Assembly (NCBI GenBank): GCA_965213925.1 | Contig: OZ243927.1 | Coordinates: 3,232,001 to 3,296,000 of the forward strand | Reading direction: 5' to 3' | DNA length: 64,000 bases | Source of the DNA: Trueperaceae bacterium | GTDB taxonomy: Bacteria > Deinococcota > Deinococci > Deinococcales > Trueperaceae | Shown: piece after piece, positions 32,492 through 42,429 of the stretch | How positions within the stretch are numbered: position 1 is the first letter of the stretch | Layout of the letters: each line of letters opens with the position of its first letter | Notes under the pieces: generated by a model | Seen by the model: the letters and a program-made list of their open reading frames with translations, nothing else | What the model was told of the DNA's origin: nothing | Databases searched by the model: none | Translations under genes and position numbers: made by a program

Positions 32492-33457
32492 CTACTCCGT
32501 CCACCACGGCTTTCCTACAGGCTCGGAGAGTATCGCTCCTCGGAGCGTCTCCACCGCTTTGCGCAAGCCCTCATCGGGCGAGTCTAAGGCGTCCTCGTGT
32601 TCGATGGAGATGACGCCGTCGTAGCCCACGGTCCGCAGAGCGGAGATGATGCGCTTCCAGGTGAGCGCCCCGTGCCCGTACCCCACCGAACGAAAGACCC
32701 ACGAGCGGTCCTCGACCTGGTCGTAAGGAACGGTATCTAAAACCCCTTTGAGCGGCAAATTGACGGGGTCTAAATGCGTGTCCTTCGCGTGGAAGTGGTA
32801 GATGGTCTCGCCCAAATAGCGAATCGCCCGCACGATATCGACCTGTTGCCAAAAGAGGTGACTCGGGTCGAAGTTGACGCCCACGTTGTCCCGCGTCTCG
32901 CCGCGCAGCCGCGTTACGTGTTCGGGGTGGTAGACGACGAAGCCGGGGTGCATCTCGAGCGCAACCTTAACGCCATATTCCTCGGCGAACGCCGCCTCCT
33001 CGCGCCAGTAGGGGATCACGCGCTCTTGCCACTGCCACGCCAGAGACTTCGCGTGGTCGGTAGGCCACGCGCACACGTGCCAGTTCGGGACCTTATCGTC
33101 GGGTCCGCCCCCTGGACAGCCCGAGAACGTTACGACGACCTCCACACCGAGCTTTTCTGCGAGCTTGACGGTATTTTTCCAGGCGTCGTGATGAGGCTGA
33201 GAGACCGCCTCGTCCGGGTGGAGCGGGTTGCCATGACACGAGAGCGCCGAGATGGTGAGGTCGCGCTTGTCGAATTCGTCTTTGAAAGCGCGGCGTGCGC
33301 TGTCGTCTTCCAGTAACGTCGCGGGATTGCAGTGGCTGTTCCCGACGAAGCCGCCCGTACTGATTTCGGCTGCTTCTAAGCCCAAATCTACGAACTTGTC
33401 CAGCATATCCGTCAGTTCCAGATTACCGAACAGCGGGTCAAATGCACCTAATTTCAT
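32492..33457 (-). CDS. Sugar phosphate isomerase/epimerase (xylose isomerase-like TIM barrel)
   Basis: ALEMHPG, NFDPSH, HFHAKD, SIEHED. Confidence 0.88.
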   Translation of the reverse strand: MKLGAFDPLFGNLELTDMLDKFVDLGLEAAEISTGGFVGNSHCNPATLLEDDSARRAFKDEFDKRDLTISALSCHGNPLHPDEAVSQPHHDAWKNTVKLAEKLGVEVVVTFSGCPGGGPDDKVPNWHVCAWPTDHAKSLAWQWQERVIPYWREEAAFAEEYGVKVALEMHPGFVVYHPEHVTRLRGETRDNVGVNFDPSHLFWQQVDIVRAIRYLGETIYHFHAKDTHLDPVNLPLKGVLDTVPYDQVEDRSWVFRSVGYGHGALTWKRIISALRTVGYDGVISIEHEDALDSPDEGLRKAVETLRGAILSEPVGKPWWTE

Positions 33458-34497
33458 ACGGGTTCCTTTACGTCTAGCTCGATATTTACACGTCGCCCCG
33501 TCTCCGAACTCTCCACCGCGCCGTAGACCATCGCTAAACTGCGGATGTTGTGCGCGCCCGTCGTCTCGGGCGTTTCACCGCGCTGCACCGCGTCCACGAA
33601 CGCTTCGATGGCGCTGCCATGCCAAGCGGTCATCTCTGTTTCTTCAAGTTCGGGTACTTTGGCCTTTTTGTAAGGATAGATAAACCCTTCAGGCGTCTCG
33701 ATGACTTCACAGCGCAAACCCGTCGCCCCGTCCCACAACACGCTCCCTTTCGTTCCAATAATGCGCCACGCACTCTCCCAAGGCGTGCGCAACCCTTCGG
33801 CGCACCAGCTCCCTCGGTAGGTGAAGACGATATCTCCTGTCATCTCAAAAATCGCTACGGCGGAAGCGTCGCGCTCGTACCAGGAGTTTTTAGGGTTCCA
33901 TTCGTAGCAGTAAACACTACGAGCATCCTGAGCGGTCAAAAGCCGCGCCGAGTCGAAGGTGTGAATCGCCATGTCCTTAACCAGCACATGCGCCATCTCC
34001 TCGCGGAAGCCGCCGAAGTGAGCGCCGATGTAAAAGTCCGCGTCCACCGTCGTAAGGTCGCCGATGACGCCGCTCCGCAAGAATGAGGTCAGCGTGCGGA
34101 TATTCGGGTCATAGCGGCGGTTTTGCATCACGGCGAAGGTCTTGCCCGCTTTTTCCGCTACGCGCAGCATCTCACGCGCCTCTTTTATCGTGTCCGCCAT
34201 CGGTTTTTCGCTGAAGACGTGAGCGCCGTGCTCGAGCGCTCGTGTCGTCACCTCAAAATGCGCCGCCGGGACCGTGCAGTTGAAAACGACATCCGGCTCC
34301 AGACGCGTCAACGCCTCCTCTAAATCTGTACCGACGAAAACGTCAAAGCCGAACCTTTCCGCCTGACCTCTTGCGGTTTCTTCCACAAGGTCAACTAAAC
34401 CGACGAGTTCGACACTGGGCAGCCGCTTGGCAGGCTCCAACCACAGATCGCTGATACCGCCGCAGCCGACGAGCAGGGCTTTAAGGGGATGATTCAT
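33454..34497 (-). CDS. Gfo/Idh/MocA family oxidoreductase
   Basis: VGCGGIS, HVFSEKP, DMAIHTFD. Confidence 0.9.
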   Translation of the reverse strand: MNHPLKALLVGCGGISDLWLEPAKRLPSVELVGLVDLVEETARGQAERFGFDVFVGTDLEEALTRLEPDVVFNCTVPAAHFEVTTRALEHGAHVFSEKPMADTIKEAREMLRVAEKAGKTFAVMQNRRYDPNIRTLTSFLRSGVIGDLTTVDADFYIGAHFGGFREEMAHVLVKDMAIHTFDSARLLTAQDARSVYCYEWNPKNSWYERDASAVAIFEMTGDIVFTYRGSWCAEGLRTPWESAWRIIGTKGSVLWDGATGLRCEVIETPEGFIYPYKKAKVPELEETEMTAWHGSAIEAFVDAVQRGETPETTGAHNIRSLAMVYGAVESSETGRRVNIELDVKEPV

Positions 34498-34514
34498 CCT
34501 CACTCCAGACTAAG

Positions 34515-34538
34515 AACAAGGGGTTGCAACCCCTTGTT
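34515..34538. repeat. REP-like 24 bp perfect palindrome
   Basis: AACAAGGGGTTGCAACCCCTTGTT; identical copy at 50213-50236, variants at 57628 and 29571. Confidence 0.85.
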
Positions 34539-34562
34539 GATTGGATTTCGGAACTATACCAA

Positions 34563-35387
34563 CTACTGCTTTACCGCACCCGACGTTAAACCTGCCACCA
34601 CATACCGCTGCGCAAACAAAAAGATGATTAAGGGCGGCAGCATCGCTAAGGTCGAAAACGCCATCACCGCGTTCCAATCGGTGACGCTCGAGCCGATGAA
34701 GTTCCAAAGCCCCGCCGTGACGGGTCGAAACGAGTCGTTGTTAGTCAACGTCAGCGCGAACACGAGGTCGTTCCAGCCGAACAAAAAGGTGAAAATCCCG
34801 GCAGTGGCGAGTCCGGGCGTCGCGAGCGGCAGCATCACCCGCAAAAACGCGCCCCACGCGGTGCAGCCGTCGATCTTGGCGGCTTCGGTGAGTTGGGGCG
34901 GTAGCGAGAGGAAAAAAGGACGCAGAACGACGAGCGCGAAGGGGAGCGCCAGCGCCGTATTCGCCACGATGAGACCGACGTAACTGTCTAAGAGTCCGGC
35001 GCGGCTAAAGGTGATAAAAAGGGGCGTCGCCAGCATGATCGCCGGAAACATCAGCGAGCTGAGGCTCACCAAGATGAGCAGCCACTTCCCCCTTAGCGGC
35101 AGGTGCGCGACCCCGTACGCGGCGGGCGTGGCGAGCGCCAAGGTGAAAAGCGTCGTCCCTGTGCCGACGATGAGGCTATTCAAGAAGTAGCGCGGAATCG
35201 CCGCGTTGCCGAAAATCCTGCCCCACGCGCTCCAGCTCAGCTCGCTCGGAAAGAAGCTCGGCGGATAGGCGAAGATTTCGGTCTGAGGTTTGACGGAGGT
35301 CACGACCATCCAGTAGATAGGAAAGAGAAAGAGCGCCAAAAAGAGCACGCTGAGAATAGCGGAGAGGTAACGGCGGTTCGACTTCAT
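34563..35387 (-). CDS. Carbohydrate ABC transporter permease
   Basis: EAA loop LTEAAKIDG, 6 TM segments. Confidence 0.92.
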   Translation of the reverse strand: MKSNRRYLSAILSVLFLALFLFPIYWMVVTSVKPQTEIFAYPPSFFPSELSWSAWGRIFGNAAIPRYFLNSLIVGTGTTLFTLALATPAAYGVAHLPLRGKWLLILVSLSSLMFPAIMLATPLFITFSRAGLLDSYVGLIVANTALALPFALVVLRPFFLSLPPQLTEAAKIDGCTAWGAFLRVMLPLATPGLATAGIFTFLFGWNDLVFALTLTNNDSFRPVTAGLWNFIGSSVTDWNAVMAFSTLAMLPPLIIFLFAQRYVVAGLTSGAVKQ

Positions 35388-35397
35388 CCAACACCTC

Positions 35398-36339
35398 TCA
35401 CGATACTGTTTCCTCGTAACGCAAGTTCCATAAATAGAGGAGCGAGACGCAGAAGAGGATCAAAAAGAGCGTATTCAGCACGGCTGCACCCTCCCCGAAA
35501 AGAAACTGGCTAAAGATCATCTGAAAGGCGACCGTGGAAAAGACCTGCGTCGCGTTAAAAGGCCCCCCTTGCGTCGTGACCCAAATCACGTCAAAGACCT
35601 TAAAGGTATAGATGAGCCCTAACAGCAAGGTGGCGACGAGCGCAGGACGCAAGAGCGGCAGGGTGACGTAGCGGAGCTTCGCGCCGCCCGACGCGCCGTC
35701 TATCTCCGCCGCCTCGTAGAGTTCGTCAGGGATGCCTTGCAGCCCAGCCAGAAGGAGCGCCATATTAAAGGGGATGCCGAGCCAGATGTTGATGATGACC
35801 GCGACTAGCGCAAGCTGCAAGTCCGCGAGCCAGAAGATATTTTCTTGGGTGATGTTGAGCGTGGTGAGGAGCCAGTTGATGACGCCCACCTGACCGTCGA
35901 AGAGCCAGCGAAAGACGATGCCGACGACGACTGCCGGGATCGTCCAGGCGATGAGGTAGAGCCCGCGCATGGTTTTGTTGCCGGGAAAGGGGCGGTTGTA
36001 AAAGAGCGCCAGCGCGAGCCCGAAAAAGAGCTGAAAGACGATCGAGCCCGCCGTGAAGATAAAGGTTTGCCGCGCCGCTTGGCGGTAGAGCGGGCTGCTG
36101 AAAATCTCGGCGTAGTTCGAGAAGCCGACCCAAGGCGCGTCGCCGCTCATGAGGTTGATAGCTTTGAGGTCTTGAAAGCTGATGCGGAAGTTGAAAAAAA
36201 TCGGATAGGCGATGAAGAGAAGGAGGAACACGCCAGCGGGCAAGACGAAGGAGTAGTTGACGAGCTGGCGCATGAGGTGTGAGCGCCGCGCCGAACCTTT
36301 CGCGCGGCGCTCGGGAACCGCTAGCTTGCGTGTGCTCAT
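35398..36339 (-). CDS. Carbohydrate ABC transporter permease
   Basis: LYEAAEIDGA, FKVFD. Confidence 0.92.
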   Translation of the reverse strand: MSTRKLAVPERRAKGSARRSHLMRQLVNYSFVLPAGVFLLLFIAYPIFFNFRISFQDLKAINLMSGDAPWVGFSNYAEIFSSPLYRQAARQTFIFTAGSIVFQLFFGLALALFYNRPFPGNKTMRGLYLIAWTIPAVVVGIVFRWLFDGQVGVINWLLTTLNITQENIFWLADLQLALVAVIINIWLGIPFNMALLLAGLQGIPDELYEAAEIDGASGGAKLRYVTLPLLRPALVATLLLGLIYTFKVFDVIWVTTQGGPFNATQVFSTVAFQMIFSQFLFGEGAAVLNTLFLILFCVSLLYLWNLRYEETVS

Positions 36340-36379
36340 ACTTGTGTACTCCTCGTCGTCTTATAGACCTCTCACCTCA

Positions 36380-36507
36380 TGTCACCCTGAACGAATGTGA
36401 AGGGTCTCGTTTAGCTACGCTAAAACTTCGTAACTTGCGCTTTTCTGTTAGAGGAGTCAGCAAGGTCAGAGATTCTTCACTCCGCTAGGGCTCCGTTCAG
36501 AATGACA
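36380..36507 (+). repeat. TGTCA...TGACA palindromic repeat, copy 2
   Basis: Highly similar to 54199-54327. Confidence 0.85.
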
Positions 36508-36561
36508 TATCCGTTTATAGGCAGACACCGATACCCCGCTGACAACGCTGTTCGCTCTCGC

Positions 36562-37158
36562 CTACTCGCTTAGCAAAGGCGTAATGACCGCCGCCGCTTG
36601 CTCGGGCGTCTTCGCGCCGACCAAAACGGCTTGGACCATATTCATAATCTCTTGTGAAGCTTCGGGGTAGTTGGGACCGTACGCCCGCGGCTTCGCCACC
36701 GAGACGGCTTCGACGAACTGCGCGAGCTGCTCGTCCGAGGTGAATAGCTCGTTATCCGCTAGGTCTTCGCGGTTAGTAATAAAGCCCGAGGTTTCGTACA
36801 TACCTAAGAGGTTTTCGGGCTGCGTCACCCACTGAATCACGTCCCAGGCTGCTTCGACGTTCGAGCCTGCGCCGACGGCTAGGTTTTGCCCGCCCAAAAT
36901 CGAGGTCGACGTGCCGCCATCAGGCCACGCCGCGACGTCCCACGCGAAGTCAGGGTTCGCCTCGCGGATGCCGGGAAGTTGCCACGGACCGTTGATCATC
37001 ATGGCGCACCGGCCCGCCAAAAATTGATTGTTCACGTCGCCCTGTCCCCACTGGAGCGCAGAGATGGGAATGCTGCGGTCCTCGTTCATCATCGTATTGA
37101 GGAGCGTCAATGCTCCGATGTTGGCTTCGCTATCTACATTTTGCAGGTCGCCGCCGCT
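36562..37158 (-). pseudogene. Sugar ABC substrate-binding protein, 5'-truncated
   Basis: Only the C-terminal half (FLAGRCAMMINGPW, LGGQNLAV); SBP-like sequence starts abruptly at SGGDLQNV with no signal peptide. Confidence 0.8.
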
Positions 37159-37161
37159 TCC

Positions 37162-37327
37162 CCTGGCGCTCTGTCCGAGTGTGGTCGGCAGTCATCCCGA
37201 AGCGCCCCGCCCCGGACTGGTCGAAGGAGCCGCGTTCCGTCCCCAGCGTGCACCGCAGTCGAAACCCGTGAGTTTGCGCAGAGCGGGCGACCACCTCTTC
37301 TTGCGTTCAACGTACCTCTACCCCTAA
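37162..37327 (+). pseudogene. RibD/DHFR-like reductase C-terminal fragment
   Basis: LALCPSVVGSHPEAPRPGLVEG...SLRRAGDHLFLR, upstream of the deaminase. Confidence 0.55.
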
Positions 37328-37347
37328 AGCTTACAGGTGAAACCGTG

Positions 37348-38550
37348 ATGGACCTTATCCTCCGCAACGCCCGCCTTTCGGACAGCACGCTGGTTGATAT
37401 CGGCGTAGACGATGGGGCGATCGTCAGGCTCGAGCCCGACCTGGAAATCTCCGCCCAACAAGAGGTCAACGCTGACGGCAACCTCACCCTGCCCGCTTTC
37501 GTCAACGGACAACTTCACGCCTGTAAGGTCTTCTGGCGTCGCAAGCTCGCCACACTTTCAAACGAGGTGCGGCGTCTCCCCCGCTTCGAAGCGGCGAAGC
37601 ATGTCAAGCGCACCTACACACCTGAAGGTGTTTTCGAGCGGGTGGACGAGGCGATGCGTTTAGCCCTCGAACACGGCACGTGCGCCATCCGACTCTTCGC
37701 AGATGTGGATGAGGATTCGGGCTTGAACGCGGTTAAAGGGCTCTTCGAGATAAAAAAGAAGTATTAACCTCTTATGAACGTGCAAGTCGTCGCCTTTCCG
37801 CAAGACGGGGTGGGCGGACGAACTGAGGCGTTGATGCGCGAGGCGTTAGAGCTAGGCGCGGACGTCGTCGGCGGCATCCCCTGGATCGAACGGGACGAAG
37901 ACGCACAAAAAGCGCATACGGACATGTGCTTTTCGCTCGCGAAAGAGTTCGGTAGAGATTTACATATGGTCTGCGATGACACGACGAATCCTGGCTCGAG
38001 AACCCTCGAGTATCTAGCCCGTCAGACCGTTGAAAATAACTATCAATACCGCGTCACCGCCACCCAGTGCGCCGCGCTCGCCTTTTACGACGACGCTTAC
38101 GCGCAAGAGGTCATCGGACTTGTTAAAGATGCGGGCATCACCGTTTTTAGCAACGCGCACGTCTCTCTCGTCACCACTGAACATCAGGGAGAACCTTATC
38201 CGCGCGGCGTCACCCGCGTTCGCGAGTTGCTCGAGGCGGGCGTGCCCGTCGCCTGTGCACAGGACGACATCGACAACTGGTACTACCCGTTCGGGCGCAA
38301 CGATATGTTGGAGGTCGCCCAGTTCACGGCGCACGCGGGCGGCTTCGGCTGGGAGGGTGAGCGCGTCGTGCCGATGGTGACGGACGTTCCTGCGAAGGTC
38401 ATGGGTCTGTACAACTACGGCTTAGGGGTCGGCAAGTCGGCGGATGTCGTGGTTTTAGGTGCGGGGACTTGGCACGAGGCGTTGCAGTTTCAAGTGGCAA
38501 AAACGGTGCTTATCTTACGGGGTCAGCGCTTGCGCCGACCCGCCGAGTAG
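37348..38550 (+). pseudogene. Cytosine deaminase-like amidohydrolase split by an in-frame stop
   Basis: MDLILRNAR..LPAFVN, HGT..IR, QVVAFPQDG, DVVGGIP, GVTRVREL, YPFG; TAA at 37765-37767 with the same frame continuing. Confidence 0.85.
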
Positions 38551-38558
38551 GAGCCGGC

Positions 38559-39797
38559 TCAAGAAGCGAGCCGCCGCAACGTCTGCGCTAACACGCGCAC
38601 GCCCGCAACGATCTCCTCCGGCTTGCTGTACTCGTCCGGGCGGTGACTAATGCCGTCTTTCGAGGGAATAAAGATCATCCCGACCGGACAAACGCGGGCT
38701 ATAAAGAGCGTGTCGTGGTACGCGCGGCTCACCATCTGCATACTCTCCAGAGAGAGGTTCTTCGTCCCCTTCTCGACTGCCTGAACAACCTCGGGCGCAC
38801 ACGTTGCAGGTGGGTCGGCGTTGAGGGTTTTGAGATCTACATTGACACCGCGTTCGTCGGCGATGCCTTCCGCTGCTCGGCGGATTTGCGTCATTACTCG
38901 GTCACGCCTTGAGAGGTCAACGTCGCGCACGTCCACGCTCATAAACACGCGGCTCGGGATGCTGTTCACCGCTCTCGGGTGTACATCGAAAATCCCGACG
39001 GTTGCCACAGTATCGCCGCTGCCGCTCTCCCTCGCTGAGCGCTCAACCTCGAGAGAGAGTTCCGCGCCCGCTGTGAGCGCGTCTTTGCGGTCCGCCATTA
39101 GGACCGCGCCCGCGTGTCCGCCTTGTCCTTCTAACGTGACGTGTAAGGTGGCCGGCGCGGCGATGTTCGTTACGACGCCGATAGGGACGCCCGCCCGCTC
39201 CAACCTCGGACCCTGTTCGATGTGGAGTTCGACAAAAGCGTGATAGTGACCTTCGTCTAACTCGACCTCGTCTAACTCGCCCTCGAAGCCCACCTCGCGC
39301 CTCACCTCATCGGGATTGTTGCCCGCTTCGTCCTCCAACGCGCGGACCTCTTCGGGCGAAAGCGTGCCGGACATCGCTCTCGAGCCCAGACACCCCACCC
39401 CGAAGCGCGTCGGCTCCTCGGCGGTGAAGAGGATAAGCTCGAGCGGGCGTTGCGGCGTAAAGCCCGACGCCTTGAGCGCTCGGATCGCTTCCAAGCCGCC
39501 CAACACGCCCACCACCCCGTCGTAGCGCCCCGAATGCGGAATCGCGTCGATATGTGAGCCTGTTGCCACCGCCGAGCGTTCGGGGTTCGCGCCCTCCCAA
39601 CGGGCGAAGAGGTTGCCTAGAGCATCCTCGTGGATAGAGAGGTCGACTTCACGGATGAGGTCTTTGAGGTACTCCCTCGCTTTCATATCCTGCTCGGTGT
39701 AGAGAACGCGCGTCACGGCGGGCGCGGGCGCGTCGCTATAGGTCGCGAGCGTTTCAATCTGGTTCATCAGACGGTCTTGGTCTATCTCGAGGGTCAT
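38559..39797 (-). CDS. M20 Zn-dependent hydrolase, allantoate amidohydrolase/N-carbamoylase-like
   Basis: GSHIDA, GRYDG, EEPTRF, ELHIEQGP, GHAG, SRAYHD, GISHRPDE; last gene of the urate operon. Confidence 0.88.
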   Translation of the reverse strand: MTLEIDQDRLMNQIETLATYSDAPAPAVTRVLYTEQDMKAREYLKDLIREVDLSIHEDALGNLFARWEGANPERSAVATGSHIDAIPHSGRYDGVVGVLGGLEAIRALKASGFTPQRPLELILFTAEEPTRFGVGCLGSRAMSGTLSPEEVRALEDEAGNNPDEVRREVGFEGELDEVELDEGHYHAFVELHIEQGPRLERAGVPIGVVTNIAAPATLHVTLEGQGGHAGAVLMADRKDALTAGAELSLEVERSARESGSGDTVATVGIFDVHPRAVNSIPSRVFMSVDVRDVDLSRRDRVMTQIRRAAEGIADERGVNVDLKTLNADPPATCAPEVVQAVEKGTKNLSLESMQMVSRAYHDTLFIARVCPVGMIFIPSKDGISHRPDEYSKPEEIVAGVRVLAQTLRRLAS

Positions 39798-39913
39798 TCG
39801 GTCTCCAATTTAATAAAGAAGCAATGAGTTGAAAGCAATCCAGTCAAGCTGGTGGCTTTAGCTTCCGCAGGAACGAACGGTGAGCAATGAGTCTAAAGGT
39901 TTTCACTTTCAAC

Positions 39914-40348
39914 TCACTGCTCGTTGCTCATTGCTCCTTCTAACAACTCAAAGTCCTCAAAGTCGAACCCCGGCACGACGACGCACGACACCAGCGCGTA
40001 GCCCTCGGCATCTCCCAGCGGCTCCGCCTCCTGCACGTAACCTCCTGGCACGACGACCTGCGGCCGTTCTAAACCGAGCGTTACGACCTCTTGCGCGCCG
40101 TCCGGTGAGGTCAGCGTCAGGTTGATGGGGTCGCCCCGGTGAAAGAGCCACAGCTCGTCCGAGCGGACGCGGTGGGGGCGGCTCCGTTCTCCTGCGGGGA
40201 GCAAGAAGAGGATGGCGGTGCCGGCGGCACGTGTACTCGGATAGCCCTCTGGCTCGACTTCGTGCGGTGAGCGCCAGGTTTCGCGGTAGTAGCCGCCTTC
40301 GGGGTGGGGTTTGAGGTCTAGCGCTTCGATGAGGTCTTGGGCGCTCAC
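39914..40348 (-). CDS. Cupin domain protein (DUF985/Cupin_5)
   Basis: LKPHPEGGYYRET, HRVRSDELWLFH, CVVVPGFDFEDF. Confidence 0.9.
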   Translation of the reverse strand: MSAQDLIEALDLKPHPEGGYYRETWRSPHEVEPEGYPSTRAAGTAILFLLPAGERSRPHRVRSDELWLFHRGDPINLTLTSPDGAQEVVTLGLERPQVVVPGGYVQEAEPLGDAEGYALVSCVVVPGFDFEDFELLEGAMSNEQ

Positions 40349-40375
40349 GCTAGCGTTCCTCGGGGCTCAGCGCCA

Positions 40376-41662
40376 TCAGTTGAACCAGAGCGCGAAATTG
40401 AGGAAGTTGCCGCCAAAAAGTCCTTGCAAGCGCCGCCAGGTATCGGCGCTACTGAGTGGGCCCTCTTCGAGGTAGGGCGTCGCCGCGCTCCCTTGAAACC
40501 AGAGCAGGGCGTCAAAGGTTCGCGGCTCCATGAACACGCGGCGCACGTTGACGCCGCGCCCATCTTGCACGCGCGGATGCGGAATCAGTAGGTCACCCGC
40601 AAGGACGGCGTCCGCCTCGTCCAAAAAGGTTAGCCAAGCCTCTATCTGCACTTCAGTGAGGCGCACACCTATCACACTACTCTGAGTGGCGTTCGGTATC
40701 CACTCGTGTTCGTCGTCGGTTTCGGCGCGTACCGCGTCCCACGAGCGTCGGCTCTCTAAGAGGACGGTCTCAAAACGTTCCAATGCCCTTTCCAAGCGCT
40801 CAGGTTCAGTTGGCTCGAGGTTCAGCAGATGGATAAAGGCGATGAGGTCAGCGATGAGCGTGACGTCGAACATGCCCTCGGGCTCACCCGTGCGACTCAA
40901 AAACTCATGCGGCGTCTGCACCCGTTCGTAGGTCAGATGCGCCGTGCGTTCGAACAGCTCACGGCTGTCGTGAGCTAGATAGATGTCTGTCAGGGCGCTC
41001 AGAAGTTCGGCGTAACCTCGGAACCAGTGAACATCACCACGGTCAAATGCGGTGAGGAGGTCCCCTTCTCCGGGCAGAACCTGGTTGGGCTGACCAAAAC
41101 GGGCAAAAAGCTGTTGAAGACTTTCATCCTCACGGGCGTCGCCGTCGCCATTAAAGTCCAGCCGGATGCGCCCGACAGGTAGCTCGAGCTTGACCTCACC
41201 GTCCTTAACTTCACCGTCCTTAACTTCACCGTCCTTAACTTCACTGTCTTGAACCTCAGCGTCACCGAGAAAATCCTCGAGCGCCGCGAAGGTTGCACTC
41301 GCTTCGCTCAAGTCTGCTAGAAAGGTTTCTAAAATAGCGCGTAAGTTCTCATATGCGATTTCACGCGCGTCACCATCCGCCGCCGAGGGAAACTGAAAGG
41401 GTAAAAAGGTGACGGCCCGGTCATCGGTGCGTAAGCCGTAGCGAGCGAAGGACTGAGACGCGCCCTCGAACGCGCCAAGAAACTGGACGATGCCCAAGCT
41501 AAACTGCGCTTCGGCGTCTTCCGGCTGAGAGCCTAGTCTCTCCAGAAGCGCAGTTTCAGCCTCGAGCAGACGCCCCGTCTCCAGGTAGGGCACAACGAGC
41601 GGCTGAGCAGCTCCAAAACCCGCCAGCCAGAACCAACACAGTATCAGCATAGAAGTGCGCAA
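40376..41662 (-). CDS. Hypothetical secreted protein with EVKDG tandem repeat
   Basis: Signal peptide, TPR-like start, LDFNGDG motif, C-terminal ..ALWFN. Confidence 0.7.
   Translation of the reverse strand: MRTSMLILCWFWLAGFGAAQPLVVPYLETGRLLEAETALLERLGSQPEDAEAQFSLGIVQFLGAFEGASQSFARYGLRTDDRAVTFLPFQFPSAADGDAREIAYENLRAILETFLADLSEASATFAALEDFLGDAEVQDSEVKDGEVKDGEVKDGEVKLELPVGRIRLDFNGDGDAREDESLQQLFARFGQPNQVLPGEGDLLTAFDRGDVHWFRGYAELLSALTDIYLAHDSRELFERTAHLTYERVQTPHEFLSRTGEPEGMFDVTLIADLIAFIHLLNLEPTEPERLERALERFETVLLESRRSWDAVRAETDDEHEWIPNATQSSVIGVRLTEVQIEAWLTFLDEADAVLAGDLLIPHPRVQDGRGVNVRRVFMEPRTFDALLWFQGSAATPYLEEGPLSSADTWRRLQGLFGGNFLNFALWFN
41196..41255. repeat. In-frame 15 bp tandem repeat
   Basis: TCACCGTCCTTAACT x3 plus one degenerate unit. 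Confidence 0.9.
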
Positions 41663-41663
41663 C

Positions 41664-42416
41664 CTAACTCTCCCTCTCCAAACTAAACGGGTCTCGGTTC
41701 ACCTCTTTGTAAAGCAGATAACTCGAGGGCTCTCGCCCCAACGCCCCAAACCACTGCGAGCAGTACGGACCCATCCAGATCACGTCGCCCTCCTGAATCG
41801 GATACCAGACCTCTTCCACCTTGTAGACGCCCCCGCCCGAAAGCATCAAGAGCCCGTGCTCCATGATGTGCGTCTCGACGAAAGGCAGTGGCGTGCCGGG
41901 CTGAAAGGTCATGACGTTTACGGCGAGGTCGAAGCTGGGGTGCTCGGGTAAGAACTTTTTGACGATGAGGTGCTCGTCACCTAGAAACGGCTCGCCTTGC
42001 ACATCGACTTCATGTCCAGTGACGACTTCGGGTAAGGGGGTTTCCTTTAGCTTCACGTAACGCCGCTCGAAGAGGTTGAGGCGTGCGCCGGACGATGTAG
42101 TGAGTGTGTGGTCTTGGTCGGGCGGCACGTAAGCGAAGCCGCCTTTGGAGAGCGCGACCTCTTTCGCCATCTGAAGCGTCACCTCGCCCTCGATAACGTA
42201 GATAAAGCGCTCCACACCGGGGAGTGGCGAGACGCCCTCGCCGCCTTCTTCCAATGTGACCAGTACCTGGACGAAAGCTGCGCCCATCTGCGGCGAGATG
42301 AGCGTAATGGCGCTCGCGAGCGTCCAACCCGGTAAGCCCGTTGGGACGTAGCCGTCGGGGGCGATGAAGGCGTGGTTGCGCCTAACGTTCGTACGAGTTG
42401 CGCCGAAAAAGGTCAT
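41664..42416 (-). CDS. allE: (S)-ureidoglycine aminohydrolase
   Basis: Bicupin; ETHIMEHGL, GDVIWMGPYCSQW, YLLYKEVNR; AAGGAG RBS before ATG 42416. Confidence 0.92.
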   Translation of the reverse strand: MTFFGATRTNVRRNHAFIAPDGYVPTGLPGWTLASAITLISPQMGAAFVQVLVTLEEGGEGVSPLPGVERFIYVIEGEVTLQMAKEVALSKGGFAYVPPDQDHTLTTSSGARLNLFERRYVKLKETPLPEVVTGHEVDVQGEPFLGDEHLIVKKFLPEHPSFDLAVNVMTFQPGTPLPFVETHIMEHGLLMLSGGGVYKVEEVWYPIQEGDVIWMGPYCSQWFGALGREPSSYLLYKEVNRDPFSLERES

Positions 42417-42429
42417 GAGATGCACTCCT

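Noticed and set aside
36886..37347. N-terminal extension of ORF 36886-37767
   Set aside because: Read-through across the deletion junction; the real gene starts at ATG 37348.
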